A stretch of 64,000 nucleotides of DNA from an uncultured Acidobacteriaceae bacterium. Lineage in GTDB: Bacteria; Acidobacteriota; Terriglobia; Terriglobales; Acidobacteriaceae. Below the pieces are notes generated by a model. That model searched no databases, was not told the origin of the DNA, and saw nothing but the letters and a program-made list of their open reading frames with translations. Shown here piece by piece: positions 20,236 through 29,379 of the stretch (position 1 is the stretch's first letter; every line of letters begins with the position of its first letter). Location of the stretch: NCBI GenBank assembly GCA_963797255.1, contig CAWCOV010000041.1, positions 19,516-83,515 on the forward strand, given 5' to 3'. The position numbers and the translations under genes were made by a program.

Positions 20236-20559
20236 ATGAGTCTTTCTACGATCCCAAAGCAAATTGAAGCCCGTCTCCCCAACTCCGCCAAGGATGTTCC
20301 CTGGACTCGAACCGTCGCCATCGGCGCGCTGATCACGGGCGTGGTGCTTCTGCTGACTGGCAATCGCAAGGCGGGCGTCGCCGTCGCAGCAGGAGGCACC
20401 TTACTCGGACTCGTCGAGGAGCCCGAACACTTAAAGCACTGGTGGGATGGAATGCCTCGATATGTCGCCAACGCTCAGCAGTTCCTCGGCAAGGTCGAAG
20501 GATTTGTGGAGCAGTTGACCGAGCAGGGACATACCGTGCGTCGAATTATGCGCAAATAG
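20236..20559 (+). CDS. small membrane protein (hypothetical)
   Basis: ATG 20236. Hairpin of two TM segments (VAIGALITGVVLLLTG, AGVAVAAGGTLLGLV), then an amphipathic tail. Confidence 0.5.
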   Translation: MSLSTIPKQIEARLPNSAKDVPWTRTVAIGALITGVVLLLTGNRKAGVAVAAGGTLLGLVEEPEHLKHWWDGMPRYVANAQQFLGKVEGFVEQLTEQGHTVRRIMRK

Positions 20560-20613
20560 CGATCGCGCATATTGCTGCAACTGAACCGATTGCGTCCGGA
20601 TGGGCTGCAGACT

Positions 20614-20946
20614 CTACTCGAAACCGAGAGTCTTGCGGCCCTCTGGCGTTATGCGCTCCGGTCCCCATGCGGGCAGCCAAACCAGGTTGACTTCCGTGTG
20701 GCTGATTTCCGGAATACCCGCCAGCCGATTCTTTACCTGTTCCACCATCATGGTATGAGCCGGGCAATGTGGCGTCGTCAGAGTCATCTCAATGGCCACA
20801 CTCTGTCGCGGAAAAGCGGGTGTTGAGTTTTCGTCCGGCTGCAGTTTAACCCCGTAAATCAATCCCAGGTCCACAATGTTCACGGGAACTTCCGGGTCGT
20901 AGCAGTCCTTGAGGGCGCTCAGTACATCCATTTCAGTGATCGACAT
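20614..20946 (-). CDS. DUF59/MIP18 family Fe-S cluster assembly protein (SufT-like)
   Basis: 110 aa. DPEVPVNIVDLGLIYGV and TLTTPHCPA motifs. Confidence 0.8.
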   Translation of the reverse strand: MSITEMDVLSALKDCYDPEVPVNIVDLGLIYGVKLQPDENSTPAFPRQSVAIEMTLTTPHCPAHTMMVEQVKNRLAGIPEISHTEVNLVWLPAWGPERITPEGRKTLGFE

Positions 20947-20970
20947 TTTCGTTTTACCCCCAATTGCAGA

Positions 20971-21879
20971 TCAGTGCGTGCGCTCCACCAGGTACTTCGC
21001 CACGGCCTTGAGCCGCTCTGCGTGTTCGCCGTAAGGCGCGAGTTCCTGGAATGCTGACGCGATCAATTCGGCCGCGTCCTGGCGCGACTTTTCAATGCCG
21101 TACACGGCAGGCCAAGTAGCCTTTTCGCTGGCGAGATCCTTGCCCGCCGTCTTGCCGAGATGCGCCGAATCCTGCGTCATGTCAAGTACATCGTCCGCGA
21201 TCTGAAACGCCAGGCCCGCCTTCACGCCGAAGTTGTGCAGCCGCGCTACATCTTCGGGTTTACCGCCCGCGAAGATTCCACCGGTCACCAGGCTCACGCG
21301 AATAAGCGCACCCGTCTTTGCGCGGTGAATTGCATGAACCATCTCAGCGGTTGGCTTGTGGTGCTCCCCTTCGAGATCGAGCACCTGTCCGCCGATCATG
21401 CCCTCCACCGTTCCCGTTGCCTGCGCTATGAGCTTTACGATTTCAACCGTGGCGGTTGGCGGACATCTCAGGCCGGCGAGCGTCTCATAAGCCTGTGTCT
21501 GCAGGGCATCCCCTGCAAGGATTGCGATCGCCTCACCGAACACCACATGACAGGTAGGCTTGCCTCGACGCAAATCGTCGTTATCCAAAGCAGGCAGATC
21601 GTCGTGGATCAGAGAATAGGTATGCAGCATTTCAATTGCTGATCCCAGATCTTCCACTCCGTCGGGTAATTCGCCGTTCCCGGCAATCATTCGCGCCGCC
21701 TGCATGCAAAGCACCGGTCTCAGCCGCTTGCCTCCTGCAAATACGCTGTGGCGCATCGCCCGATGAATCGACGTAGGAATCGCATCGGCACTGGGCAACA
21801 GCCGCTCCAGAGCGTGATCGGTCAACGCCGCCCCGGTCTCCAGTATTTCCCTGACATTGACTTGCATTCCCACAATCAT
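20971..21879 (-). CDS. ispA: short-chain polyprenyl diphosphate synthase (FPP/GGPP synthase)
   Basis: FARM LIHDDLPALDNDDLRRGKPT and SARM FQIADDVLD. GGAGG lies 8 nt upstream of ATG 21879. ATGA overlap with the upstream ORF's stop. Confidence 0.85.
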   Translation of the reverse strand: MIVGMQVNVREILETGAALTDHALERLLPSADAIPTSIHRAMRHSVFAGGKRLRPVLCMQAARMIAGNGELPDGVEDLGSAIEMLHTYSLIHDDLPALDNDDLRRGKPTCHVVFGEAIAILAGDALQTQAYETLAGLRCPPTATVEIVKLIAQATGTVEGMIGGQVLDLEGEHHKPTAEMVHAIHRAKTGALIRVSLVTGGIFAGGKPEDVARLHNFGVKAGLAFQIADDVLDMTQDSAHLGKTAGKDLASEKATWPAVYGIEKSRQDAAELIASAFQELAPYGEHAERLKAVAKYLVERTH

Positions 21880-22202
21880 ACCCGAGCCTCCGCTTCTTTT
21901 CGCCGCTCCAGAAGGGCGACTGGCAGCAATAAGAACAATGAAAAGATGCTGATCATCCTGCCCACGACCACGTCCCGGGTAGATTTCCACGCGACTTCAA
22001 TCCGCGAAGATCCCGCAGGAACGGCAACCACCATCAGCCCATCTTTTCTGTGAGGCCGTAACGTCTGCTCGCTGGAGTTTACGAGCACATGCCACCCGGG
22101 ATAATCCATCAGCCGCAACACGGCGAAGCCGGAGGAGCCTGAGTCAACGCGCATAATTTTGCTCTCGCCCAGCCAGCGGTCGACGGTCACTTTGAACGGC
22201 AA
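21876..22202 (-). CDS. short ORF resembling only the C-terminal module of YfhO-type membrane proteins; possible gene remnant
   Basis: LMDYPGWHVLVNS...LMVVAVPAGSSRIEVAWKS...GRMISIFSLFLLLPVALL matches the pattern at the end of large YfhO-like proteins. The frame closes at a TAG about 50 nt upstream, so no N-terminal body exists. Confidence 0.4.
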   Translation of the reverse strand: MPFKVTVDRWLGESKIMRVDSGSSGFAVLRLMDYPGWHVLVNSSEQTLRPHRKDGLMVVAVPAGSSRIEVAWKSTRDVVVGRMISIFSLFLLLPVALLERRKEAEARV

Positions 22203-22317
22203 GCTTTCGTCGTCCGGAACATATTCCGTGAGCGATCGTTGCGGTTCCTGCTAACGAAAATCCATCCCGACGCGACAACGTTTTTAGGGCGGTCCGGTTT
22301 TGTTGAAGTGCGAAGAA

Positions 22318-24747
22318 TCACGGATAGAGCCGCAGGCTGTGCTTCGTCTCGGTCTGAACGGCAGCGTCAGAGTAGGGAAGCGCAAATGTCGTTCCCGCAT
22401 ACCATGACGGCCAGTGATCGCGATAATAGGGGCTCATCGGATTTCCCGATTGTCCCATCACGATGTTTTCGGTCGATGCATCCGGGTCGCTCCAATCCAT
22501 CGTAAAGCGCTGCGATGGACCGAAAGTCCGGCCCACTTGCTTCACCGTGGAATTGCCGCCGCTCAGCGGTTGTTCCCCGGTTCCCGTCCAGCGTTTTATC
22601 CACGGCAGCATCACGTAGATGGGATGCTCAAGATCGATCACGTGGTCAGAACCATAGTTCCACTTCGACAGATCGCTGGGAGCGTGTGAGTCTTCAAGCC
22701 CCTTGCTCACAGCCGCCGTTAGAAACTCATCCCACGACCCAAATGGTTTCGGGAGCCACTGGGGCGGCGCATGCATAAGGATCTCTTCCTGCGCAAAGGC
22801 GCGTTCGGGCCATTCATACACTCGCCAGTCGGCTCCCACTTTCGGCTCCAGCAAAAGCGGCCAGAACTCTCTGCGCGCCGCGGTCACAATTGCGGCAGCG
22901 GATGAATCGACGGTCATCGCGCCATCCCATGTACGCATCAGATCTGCTGCTTGCTGTAAACGCTTGTCGTTCTTCGCGGTATGGTCAATGGCGTATGCGA
23001 AGCGTTGCGCCATCTCCTGATCGACCTCGGAGTAAATGTCGTTCTGCAGCGCCAGCATGTCTTCGCGCTTCAATCCATTCTTGCCTGCAAGCCATTTCCA
23101 AATGCGTTCGTTGCGATACGGAGAAGCCCAATTCAGAGTTAGCGGATATTGATAGCCATCGGGCGTAATGCGCGAATTCGCGGTTGCTAACAATCCAAGC
23201 GGCGGATCCAGTGTCGAGGGCAGCGCGCCAAACGGAACAAAGCCCGCCCATTCATGCTTGTTATCAGTAATCGGCGTTCCACTCAATCCATTCGGCCGCA
23301 ATGGAATCTTCCCCACGGCCTGGTATCCGATGTGACCCTCAACATCGGCATAAACAAAATTGAGCGTTGGCCCCCACCACTTCTCCATCGCGGAACGAAA
23401 CTCCGTCCAGTTGTGAGCGCTGTTCAAATCAAACAGCGGAACCTCGATAGAGCCCGCGTCATAAGCGACCCAACGCAAAGCCAGCGCGCGGCGTTCATTG
23501 GCAAGCATGGGGCTAAGAATCGGGCCATGCGCGGTGAGGCGCACATCCACGTCGACGCTCTTTCCGCCGCGGACCGCAATCGACTCGCGGTCATGCTCAA
23601 TCGGCCGCCAGCCATCGGCCGTCTGATATTCGTCGCGGTTGTTCAGCGTTTCAACGTAGATGTCCTGGGTGTCCCCGTACAGCGCAGTAATGCCCCAGGC
23701 GAAGTAATCGTTATGTCCCGCGATGATGAACGGCACTCCAGGAATGGAAACGCCGGCAACGTGAAACTCATCCGCTTTCAAGTCGGCTTCGTACCAAATG
23801 TTGGGGATCCCGAGATTTAAATGCATGTCGTTCGAGAGCATCGTCTTGCCGCTCGCCGTGTGCGTGCCCGCAATTGCCCACTCATTCGATCCCGGCTGAC
23901 AGTCAGCACAACTTGCCCGGCCGAGCACTTCGCGTAGATGCAGCAGGTCTTCGGTCGATGCCTGCGATTCATCGAGCGGCACATCCGGAATATCTTTCTG
24001 CGGTTGAGTCAGGTCTGGTGCCGCTGCAGTTGGCGGATGATCCCGCCACGATCCCGTAGGATACAAATCTTTGAGTAGTTCCTGCGATAGCTTACCGGCC
24101 AGACGCTCCCTGCCCAGTTTTTCCGTGAAATGCTCGTCCAGGGTTTGCACCATGCTCAGCCCGATGACCACCGAGTCCGCAATGCGCCACGGACGAGGAG
24201 TATAGGCGAGCAAACGAAATTCGGCAGGCAGGTGATCTCGATGGCTCTCAATGTATGCGTTCACCCCCCGCGCATACGCATCGAAATATTTTCGCTGCTG
24301 TTCTGGAAGAGACGCCGCCATGCGCTCGGCAGTGGGTCGCATCTGCAGCACGCGTTGAATACGGTCATGGTCAACCGTCTTGCTGCCGAGCAATTCTGAA
24401 AGCTCTCCCGCTGAGCTGCGTCGTGCCATGTCCATTTGCCAAAGGCGATCCTGCGCGGTCACGTAGCCCTGGGCCATCAGCAGATCTTCCATGTTATTGG
24501 CACGAATGTGCGGCACGCCGTGGCTGTCGCGTTGTACTGTAACTGCTGCCCGCAGGCCAACCAGGCGCTCCTGTCCGTCGAGAAGGGGGAGGGAATCGCG
24601 TATGGCGTGTTTCAGCCAGAAGATGCCTCCGGGAATGGCCAGAGCCACCAGCAGAATAAGCAGCAGCACCGAGCCCGCCAGCACTTTCAACCAGGGCCGA
24701 AAACTCTTTCGAGAGGTGGTTCGTCCTTCTTCGATCATCTTCCTCAA
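22318..24747 (-). CDS. penicillin acylase family protein (Ntn hydrolase, S45; possible acyl-homoserine-lactone acylase)
   Basis: 809 aa. N-terminal TM/signal. Autoprocessing and nucleophile context QPGSNEWAIAG. Family-typical length. Confidence 0.85.
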   Translation of the reverse strand: MRKMIEEGRTTSRKSFRPWLKVLAGSVLLLILLVALAIPGGIFWLKHAIRDSLPLLDGQERLVGLRAAVTVQRDSHGVPHIRANNMEDLLMAQGYVTAQDRLWQMDMARRSSAGELSELLGSKTVDHDRIQRVLQMRPTAERMAASLPEQQRKYFDAYARGVNAYIESHRDHLPAEFRLLAYTPRPWRIADSVVIGLSMVQTLDEHFTEKLGRERLAGKLSQELLKDLYPTGSWRDHPPTAAAPDLTQPQKDIPDVPLDESQASTEDLLHLREVLGRASCADCQPGSNEWAIAGTHTASGKTMLSNDMHLNLGIPNIWYEADLKADEFHVAGVSIPGVPFIIAGHNDYFAWGITALYGDTQDIYVETLNNRDEYQTADGWRPIEHDRESIAVRGGKSVDVDVRLTAHGPILSPMLANERRALALRWVAYDAGSIEVPLFDLNSAHNWTEFRSAMEKWWGPTLNFVYADVEGHIGYQAVGKIPLRPNGLSGTPITDNKHEWAGFVPFGALPSTLDPPLGLLATANSRITPDGYQYPLTLNWASPYRNERIWKWLAGKNGLKREDMLALQNDIYSEVDQEMAQRFAYAIDHTAKNDKRLQQAADLMRTWDGAMTVDSSAAAIVTAARREFWPLLLEPKVGADWRVYEWPERAFAQEEILMHAPPQWLPKPFGSWDEFLTAAVSKGLEDSHAPSDLSKWNYGSDHVIDLEHPIYVMLPWIKRWTGTGEQPLSGGNSTVKQVGRTFGPSQRFTMDWSDPDASTENIVMGQSGNPMSPYYRDHWPSWYAGTTFALPYSDAAVQTETKHSLRLYP

Positions 24748-24925
24748 CTTGGCGAGCCACTTTTACCGGCCCACCATCATGCCCATTGTCTCACCGCACA
24801 AGTTCCAAACGGGGATGACCCCTTCACTCCTTTATGCTTCGCCGCTTGACTTCCCGGCCACTCCCAGCAATGCTAGTTGTTTCCTGTTTGAGAGTTCTCC
24901 GGCAGCGCCAAGGGAGTGTTTCGCT

Positions 24926-25927
24926 TTGAAGGTTCGCGTTCTGTACCACGACAAGTGCTTTGATGGAGCCTGTTCGGCTTCGCTGTTCACCCGCTTCCAT
25001 CGCGAGTGCATCCGTCAAGGTGACGAGTACGAATACCACGGACTCGTCCATCGCGCCGGTGCTCTCTTTCAGGAAGGCGATTTTGCCGGCGATGAAAACG
25101 TTATTGTCGATTTCAAGTATTCGCCTTCGCCGAAAATTACGTGGTGGTTCGACCATCATCTCAGCGCTTTCCTCACTCCCGAGGATCATGCGCATTTTCT
25201 CGCCGGCCAGGCAGATGGCTCCTATGCGAGACGGCACTTCTACGATCCGGATTACACTTCCTGCACCAACTTCCTCGCCGACGTCGGCAAAAAGTATTTC
25301 AACTTCAACACCGAGCCCATGAAAGAAATGCTGAAGTGGGCGGACATCGTCGACGGCGCTCTGTATGAGAGTCCACAGACCGCAGTGGAGATGGCTGAGC
25401 CGGCCATGAAGCTCACCCTGGTCATCGAGTCGACCGAGGATCCAGCACTCATCCCCAGGCTCATCCCGTTGCTTACGTCCATGCCGCTGGGTGAGATATT
25501 GGAACAGCCATTCATCTCCAGCCTTCTGCCCCCGCTTCTCAAGCGTCATCAGGAGTCGCTCGCACTGATCCGCGATCGCGCGGAATGCATTGACGGAACC
25601 ATCTACTTCGACATTTCCGATCGCCCGTTGGAGGGCTTCAACAAGTTCATCCCCTACTACCTGTTTCCGCAGGCCGTGTATTCCATCGGCCTCTCCAAAT
25701 CCAGCTTCCGCACCAAGGTTGCGGTCGGTTCCAATCCGTGGACGAGGGTCGACCCCGCAACCATGGTGAATCTGGCGACGGTCTGCGAGCGCTACGGCGG
25801 CGGCGGACACGCACGTGTCGGCGCCATTAGCTTCCCGCCAGACAAGTCAGACCTCGCGCGCGATGCGGCCGCAGTAATTGTGAAAGAGTTGCGCGCCCAT
25901 AACGCAGAGCACAAAATCAAGGTTTGA
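24926..25927 (+). CDS. DHH/DHHA1 family phosphoesterase (NrnB-like)
   Basis: AGGGAG lies 9 nt upstream of TTG 24926. YHDKCFDG (motif I-like), FDHH (DHH motif), YGGGGHARVGA (DHHA1 GGGH). The longer listed ORF overlaps the acylase gene. Confidence 0.7.
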   Translation: MKVRVLYHDKCFDGACSASLFTRFHRECIRQGDEYEYHGLVHRAGALFQEGDFAGDENVIVDFKYSPSPKITWWFDHHLSAFLTPEDHAHFLAGQADGSYARRHFYDPDYTSCTNFLADVGKKYFNFNTEPMKEMLKWADIVDGALYESPQTAVEMAEPAMKLTLVIESTEDPALIPRLIPLLTSMPLGEILEQPFISSLLPPLLKRHQESLALIRDRAECIDGTIYFDISDRPLEGFNKFIPYYLFPQAVYSIGLSKSSFRTKVAVGSNPWTRVDPATMVNLATVCERYGGGGHARVGAISFPPDKSDLARDAAAVIVKELRAHNAEHKIKV

Positions 25928-27132
25928 AAGAATCGACGTATCAGGGTTTAAAGTCCGGGGACGGATCAAAGGTTAAAGTAGCCGACGTGAAACCAAATCG
26001 TAACAGCCTGATCGTGCTCGTCAGCCTGGCGTTGGGTGGCGCAATCGCCCTCGCCACTCCTGCACACTGGACCCTCGGACCATTCATTCGTCCTGCAAGC
26101 GGCAATCCTGTCATTACTCCGAACAAGTCTTCGGTCTTCGATGACCCGCTGCGCAAGGCCCAGGTTCACTGGGAGGCGCTGCACACCTTCAATCCCGCGG
26201 CGGTTGTGCGCGACGGCAAAGTGATCGTTCTCTATCGCGCGGAAGACGACTCCGGCAGCATGCAGATCGGCATGCACACATCCCGCCTCGGATTCGCCGA
26301 AAGCAGCGACGGCATCCACTTCACGCGCCGGCCCACTCCCGTATTTTTCCCCACCAACGATGCGCAAAAAGATCGCGAGTGGGAAGGCGGTGTTGAGGAC
26401 CCGCGCATCGTTGAGAAAGAGGACGGCACCTACATTCTCAACTACACGCAATGGAATCGCACCACCTACTCCATCGGAGTCGCCACATCAAAAGACCTTG
26501 TGAGCTGGACGAAGTATGGTCCGGCGCTCGGCACCACCGGCAAGTACGCGAACCTGATGTACAAGTCTGCCAGCATTGTTACCGAACTCGTTGGCAAGGG
26601 CGACAGGAGCCGTCTGCTCGCGGCAAGAATCCATGGAAAGTATTGGATGTACTGGGGGGAAGTTGAAATACGCCTCGCAACTTCCGACGACCTCATCCAT
26701 TGGACCCCGATTGAAGATGCATCCGGCCAGCCCGTCGTTCTCATGCACAATCGTCCCGGCTTCTTCGATAGTGGATTCCCGGAAGTCGGCCCTCCTGCAT
26801 TGCTCACGAGTCATGGCATCGTGCTTCTCTACAATGGCAAGAACGCCAACGGAAAAGATGCGGACACACGAGACAAAGCACTCGACCCCGCAACCTATGC
26901 CGTTGGCGAGGCACTCTTCTCTGCCGACGATCCCGCGAAGCTGCTTGAACGTACCGAAAAGCCGGTTTTCAAGCCGGAGATGGCCTTCGAGCGCACCGGA
27001 CAATACGCCGCTGGCACCACCTTCGCCGAAGGCCTGGTCCACTTCCACGGAAAATGGTTCTTGTACTATGGCTGTGCGGACTCGCTGGTTGGCGTAGCAA
27101 TTTACGACCCGACGATCCAAGGCCCGAAGTAA
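25924..27132 (+). CDS. glycoside hydrolase family 130-like protein (secreted or anchored)
   Basis: FNPAAVVRDGKVIVLYRAEDD, GGVEDPRIV, KYWMYWGE and WFLYYGCADSLVGVA resemble GH130 five-bladed propeller enzymes. N-terminal hydrophobic segment. Start is uncertain (TTG 25924 or GTG 25987). Confidence 0.65.
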   Translation: MKESTYQGLKSGDGSKVKVADVKPNRNSLIVLVSLALGGAIALATPAHWTLGPFIRPASGNPVITPNKSSVFDDPLRKAQVHWEALHTFNPAAVVRDGKVIVLYRAEDDSGSMQIGMHTSRLGFAESSDGIHFTRRPTPVFFPTNDAQKDREWEGGVEDPRIVEKEDGTYILNYTQWNRTTYSIGVATSKDLVSWTKYGPALGTTGKYANLMYKSASIVTELVGKGDRSRLLAARIHGKYWMYWGEVEIRLATSDDLIHWTPIEDASGQPVVLMHNRPGFFDSGFPEVGPPALLTSHGIVLLYNGKNANGKDADTRDKALDPATYAVGEALFSADDPAKLLERTEKPVFKPEMAFERTGQYAAGTTFAEGLVHFHGKWFLYYGCADSLVGVAIYDPTIQGPK

Positions 27133-27146
27133 AAGGAAGATAATTA

Positions 27147-28259
27147 GTGCGCAAGAACCTGTTCGTTTTGGTGTCGCTTTTCTGCTTTGTAAATTCCGCC
27201 GCGTGGGCACAGACCGCGAATCCACCCGCCGCGCCCGTAACGTCCACCGCGACCGTCCCACTCCCCGGAGGGAGTACACCGAAAGACCCCTCAGAGCTAA
27301 TGAAGGCCGCTGCGGAACTGAATGGCCTGGACAGCGCTAAGCTCGCGCCATGGCATCTCAAATCGACATTTCAACTCTACGATTTCAGCGGCGCGCCAAC
27401 CGAGCAGGGGACGTACGAAGAGTTCTGGGCAGGCCCAAAACGAAACAAAATAACCTACACCACACCCACATTTACCCTAACGAAATGGGGAACCGAGGAC
27501 GGTAAGCATTACTTCAAACACACAGGTGGTCCACTTCCTCCAAAGATCGTTATCGACCTGATCCGTTCGCGGATTGTGAATCCTCTCCCTGCTGTGGAAG
27601 AAATGGCGAAGGGCGATTTCGCAAAACGGACTGAAGTCTTAGGCAGTGTAAAACTGATTTGTGTTTCGCTTAGTCACTTAATCCTTGCGGGCCCCCCGTC
27701 GATATCGCATCCAGCGATGAGCGATGGCAGCTATTGTTTCGCTGAAGCGAAGCCCATCCTCCGGATCAGCGTCGTTCTTGGAGGAATTCAATCCTTGGCG
27801 AATACGCTGGCTCTTTTTCAGGATCGCTACGTGGCGAAATCTGTAAACGCTACCGCCTATGGCAAACGACTGCTTGACGTAAAGATTGAGTCCCTTCAAG
27901 GTCTCGCTTCGATCCCGGCTTCCGACATTGAGGTTCCCGCTGAGGTGCTGAATGCCGCGCCCGACATGATTTCGAGTATTTCGCCTTCGGAAATGCAGGG
28001 GCACCTGCGGACCAAAACGCCCCCGACTTACCCCGCCGAGGCCAAACGTATCGGAGCACAAGGGACCGTAGTTCTTGAAGGAGTCGTTGGAAAAGACGGG
28101 CGGTTGCAAGATCTAAAACCCGTCATTTCACCCCACCCCACCCTGACAGAGGCAGCGATAGTTGCGGTGAAAAAATGGAAATATGAACCTTATTTACTGA
28201 ATGGCTTACCCGTTGAAGTCGATACGGAAATCAACGTCATGTTCAACCTCAGTTTTTAA
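27147..28259 (+). CDS. secreted protein with C-terminal TonB domain (paralog 1)
   Basis: AAGGAAG lies 7 nt before GTG 27147. Signal peptide MRKNLFVLVSLFCFVNSAAWAQTA. C-terminal PPTYPAEAKRIGAQGTVVLEGVVGKDGRLQDLK...KKWKYEPYLLNGLPVEV is a TonB_C fold. Confidence 0.8.
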   Translation: MRKNLFVLVSLFCFVNSAAWAQTANPPAAPVTSTATVPLPGGSTPKDPSELMKAAAELNGLDSAKLAPWHLKSTFQLYDFSGAPTEQGTYEEFWAGPKRNKITYTTPTFTLTKWGTEDGKHYFKHTGGPLPPKIVIDLIRSRIVNPLPAVEEMAKGDFAKRTEVLGSVKLICVSLSHLILAGPPSISHPAMSDGSYCFAEAKPILRISVVLGGIQSLANTLALFQDRYVAKSVNATAYGKRLLDVKIESLQGLASIPASDIEVPAEVLNAAPDMISSISPSEMQGHLRTKTPPTYPAEAKRIGAQGTVVLEGVVGKDGRLQDLKPVISPHPTLTEAAIVAVKKWKYEPYLLNGLPVEVDTEINVMFNLSF

Positions 28260-28388
28260 CCGGAAGGAAAGACCTGTGCTCAAGAACCTGCTTTTGTCCT
28301 TCTCTGCTTTGCTAATTCCATCACATGGTCGCAGACCGCGACTCCAGCTACTTCCACCGCCGCCGCAAGCGCGCCCTCGACAAACACG

Positions 28389-29339
28389 ATGCCTACAGAC
28401 CCGGCTGAGTTAATGAAACTCGCCGCCGAAGTGAATGGCCTGCACAGCGACAAACTCGCTCCGTGGCATCTAAAGCTTTCATTCCAACTTTATGACTTCA
28501 AGGGCAAGCCAACGGAGAAGGGAACCTTCGAAGAATTTTGGATCACTCCCAAAAAGTACAAGGTCATCTACACCAGCAAATCCTTCAACCAAACCGAGTG
28601 GGGAACCGAGGACGGCGGATTCTTTCTGCCAGTCGGCAGTAGTGTCCGGAGGGACCTTCAATTTCTGATTCGCTCCAGAATGTTAAATCCGTTGGAATTC
28701 GTCGAGCACGGGACGCTCACGACTCGCCACGAGATGATGGGAAATGTATATGTCAATTGCGTGTTAGTCAGTCCCGTCCCAACAAAGCGGACGGCAGTTG
28801 AGTCCCTCCCATCTGGAACCTACTGCTTCAGTCAGAACGAACCAATTCTCAGGACCGTGAGCGTTGCGGGGACCACGAGTATTTCGAACCGGATCATTCG
28901 TTATCAGAATCACTACCTGCCCAAGTCTTTGCAGGTGACTGACTACAAGAGGCCCTATCTCGATCTTCAACTCGAATCGATCGAAAGCCTCAACTCGATC
29001 GATCAACGAGACTTCATACCGCCAGCGGATGCTGAAAAAGAGCAGAACAGGCCCGTGCAGTCCGGAATAGCAGGAATAACACTCGGGCGAGTCTTATCTA
29101 GCCCCCGTCCTGATTTTCCGGTACTCGCAATGGAACACGGCGTGGAGGGAATTGTCGTCGTTCATGTAACCGTTGGGAAAGATGGCCGAGTCCTGGATCA
29201 GTATGTGACCAGTACACCAGACGCGATTCTGGTTCGCCCAGCTTTGGACGCTGTTAAAGGTTACCTGTTTTCACCGTTCGTGTTGAATGGAGAGCCGGTC
29301 GAGGTTGAAGTGTTTGTCGAAATCAACTTCCACATCTGA
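28389..29339 (+). CDS. TonB C-terminal domain protein (paralog 2), lacking an in-frame signal peptide
   Basis: Collinear with paralog 1 (PTDPAELMKLAAEVNGLHSDKLAPWHLK versus PKDPSELMKAAAELNGLDSAKLAPWHLK). TonB_C end is RPDFPVLAMEHGVEGIVVVHVTVGKDGRV...SPFVLNGEPVEV. The first in-frame start is ATG 28389. Confidence 0.7.
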   Translation: MPTDPAELMKLAAEVNGLHSDKLAPWHLKLSFQLYDFKGKPTEKGTFEEFWITPKKYKVIYTSKSFNQTEWGTEDGGFFLPVGSSVRRDLQFLIRSRMLNPLEFVEHGTLTTRHEMMGNVYVNCVLVSPVPTKRTAVESLPSGTYCFSQNEPILRTVSVAGTTSISNRIIRYQNHYLPKSLQVTDYKRPYLDLQLESIESLNSIDQRDFIPPADAEKEQNRPVQSGIAGITLGRVLSSPRPDFPVLAMEHGVEGIVVVHVTVGKDGRVLDQYVTSTPDAILVRPALDAVKGYLFSPFVLNGEPVEVEVFVEINFHI

Positions 29340-29379
29340 TTCAAGCGGTCAAAGGCTGATTCTCCAGCTTTAACTAACA

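Larger units (their letters stand above)
27147..29339 (+). repeat. tandem gene duplication (two diverged TonB-C paralogs)
   Basis: Same domain order, conserved blocks, and both genes in the same reading frame, 16 nt apart. Confidence 0.8.

Noticed and set aside
24491-24925. N-terminal 145 codons of the listed 478-aa ORF preceding the DHH phosphoesterase.
   Set aside because: This part overlaps the 5' end of the penicillin-acylase gene on the opposite strand and is Arg/Ser/Pro-rich. DHH homology begins only at LKVRVLYHD, where a TTG with an AGGGAG Shine-Dalgarno is present.
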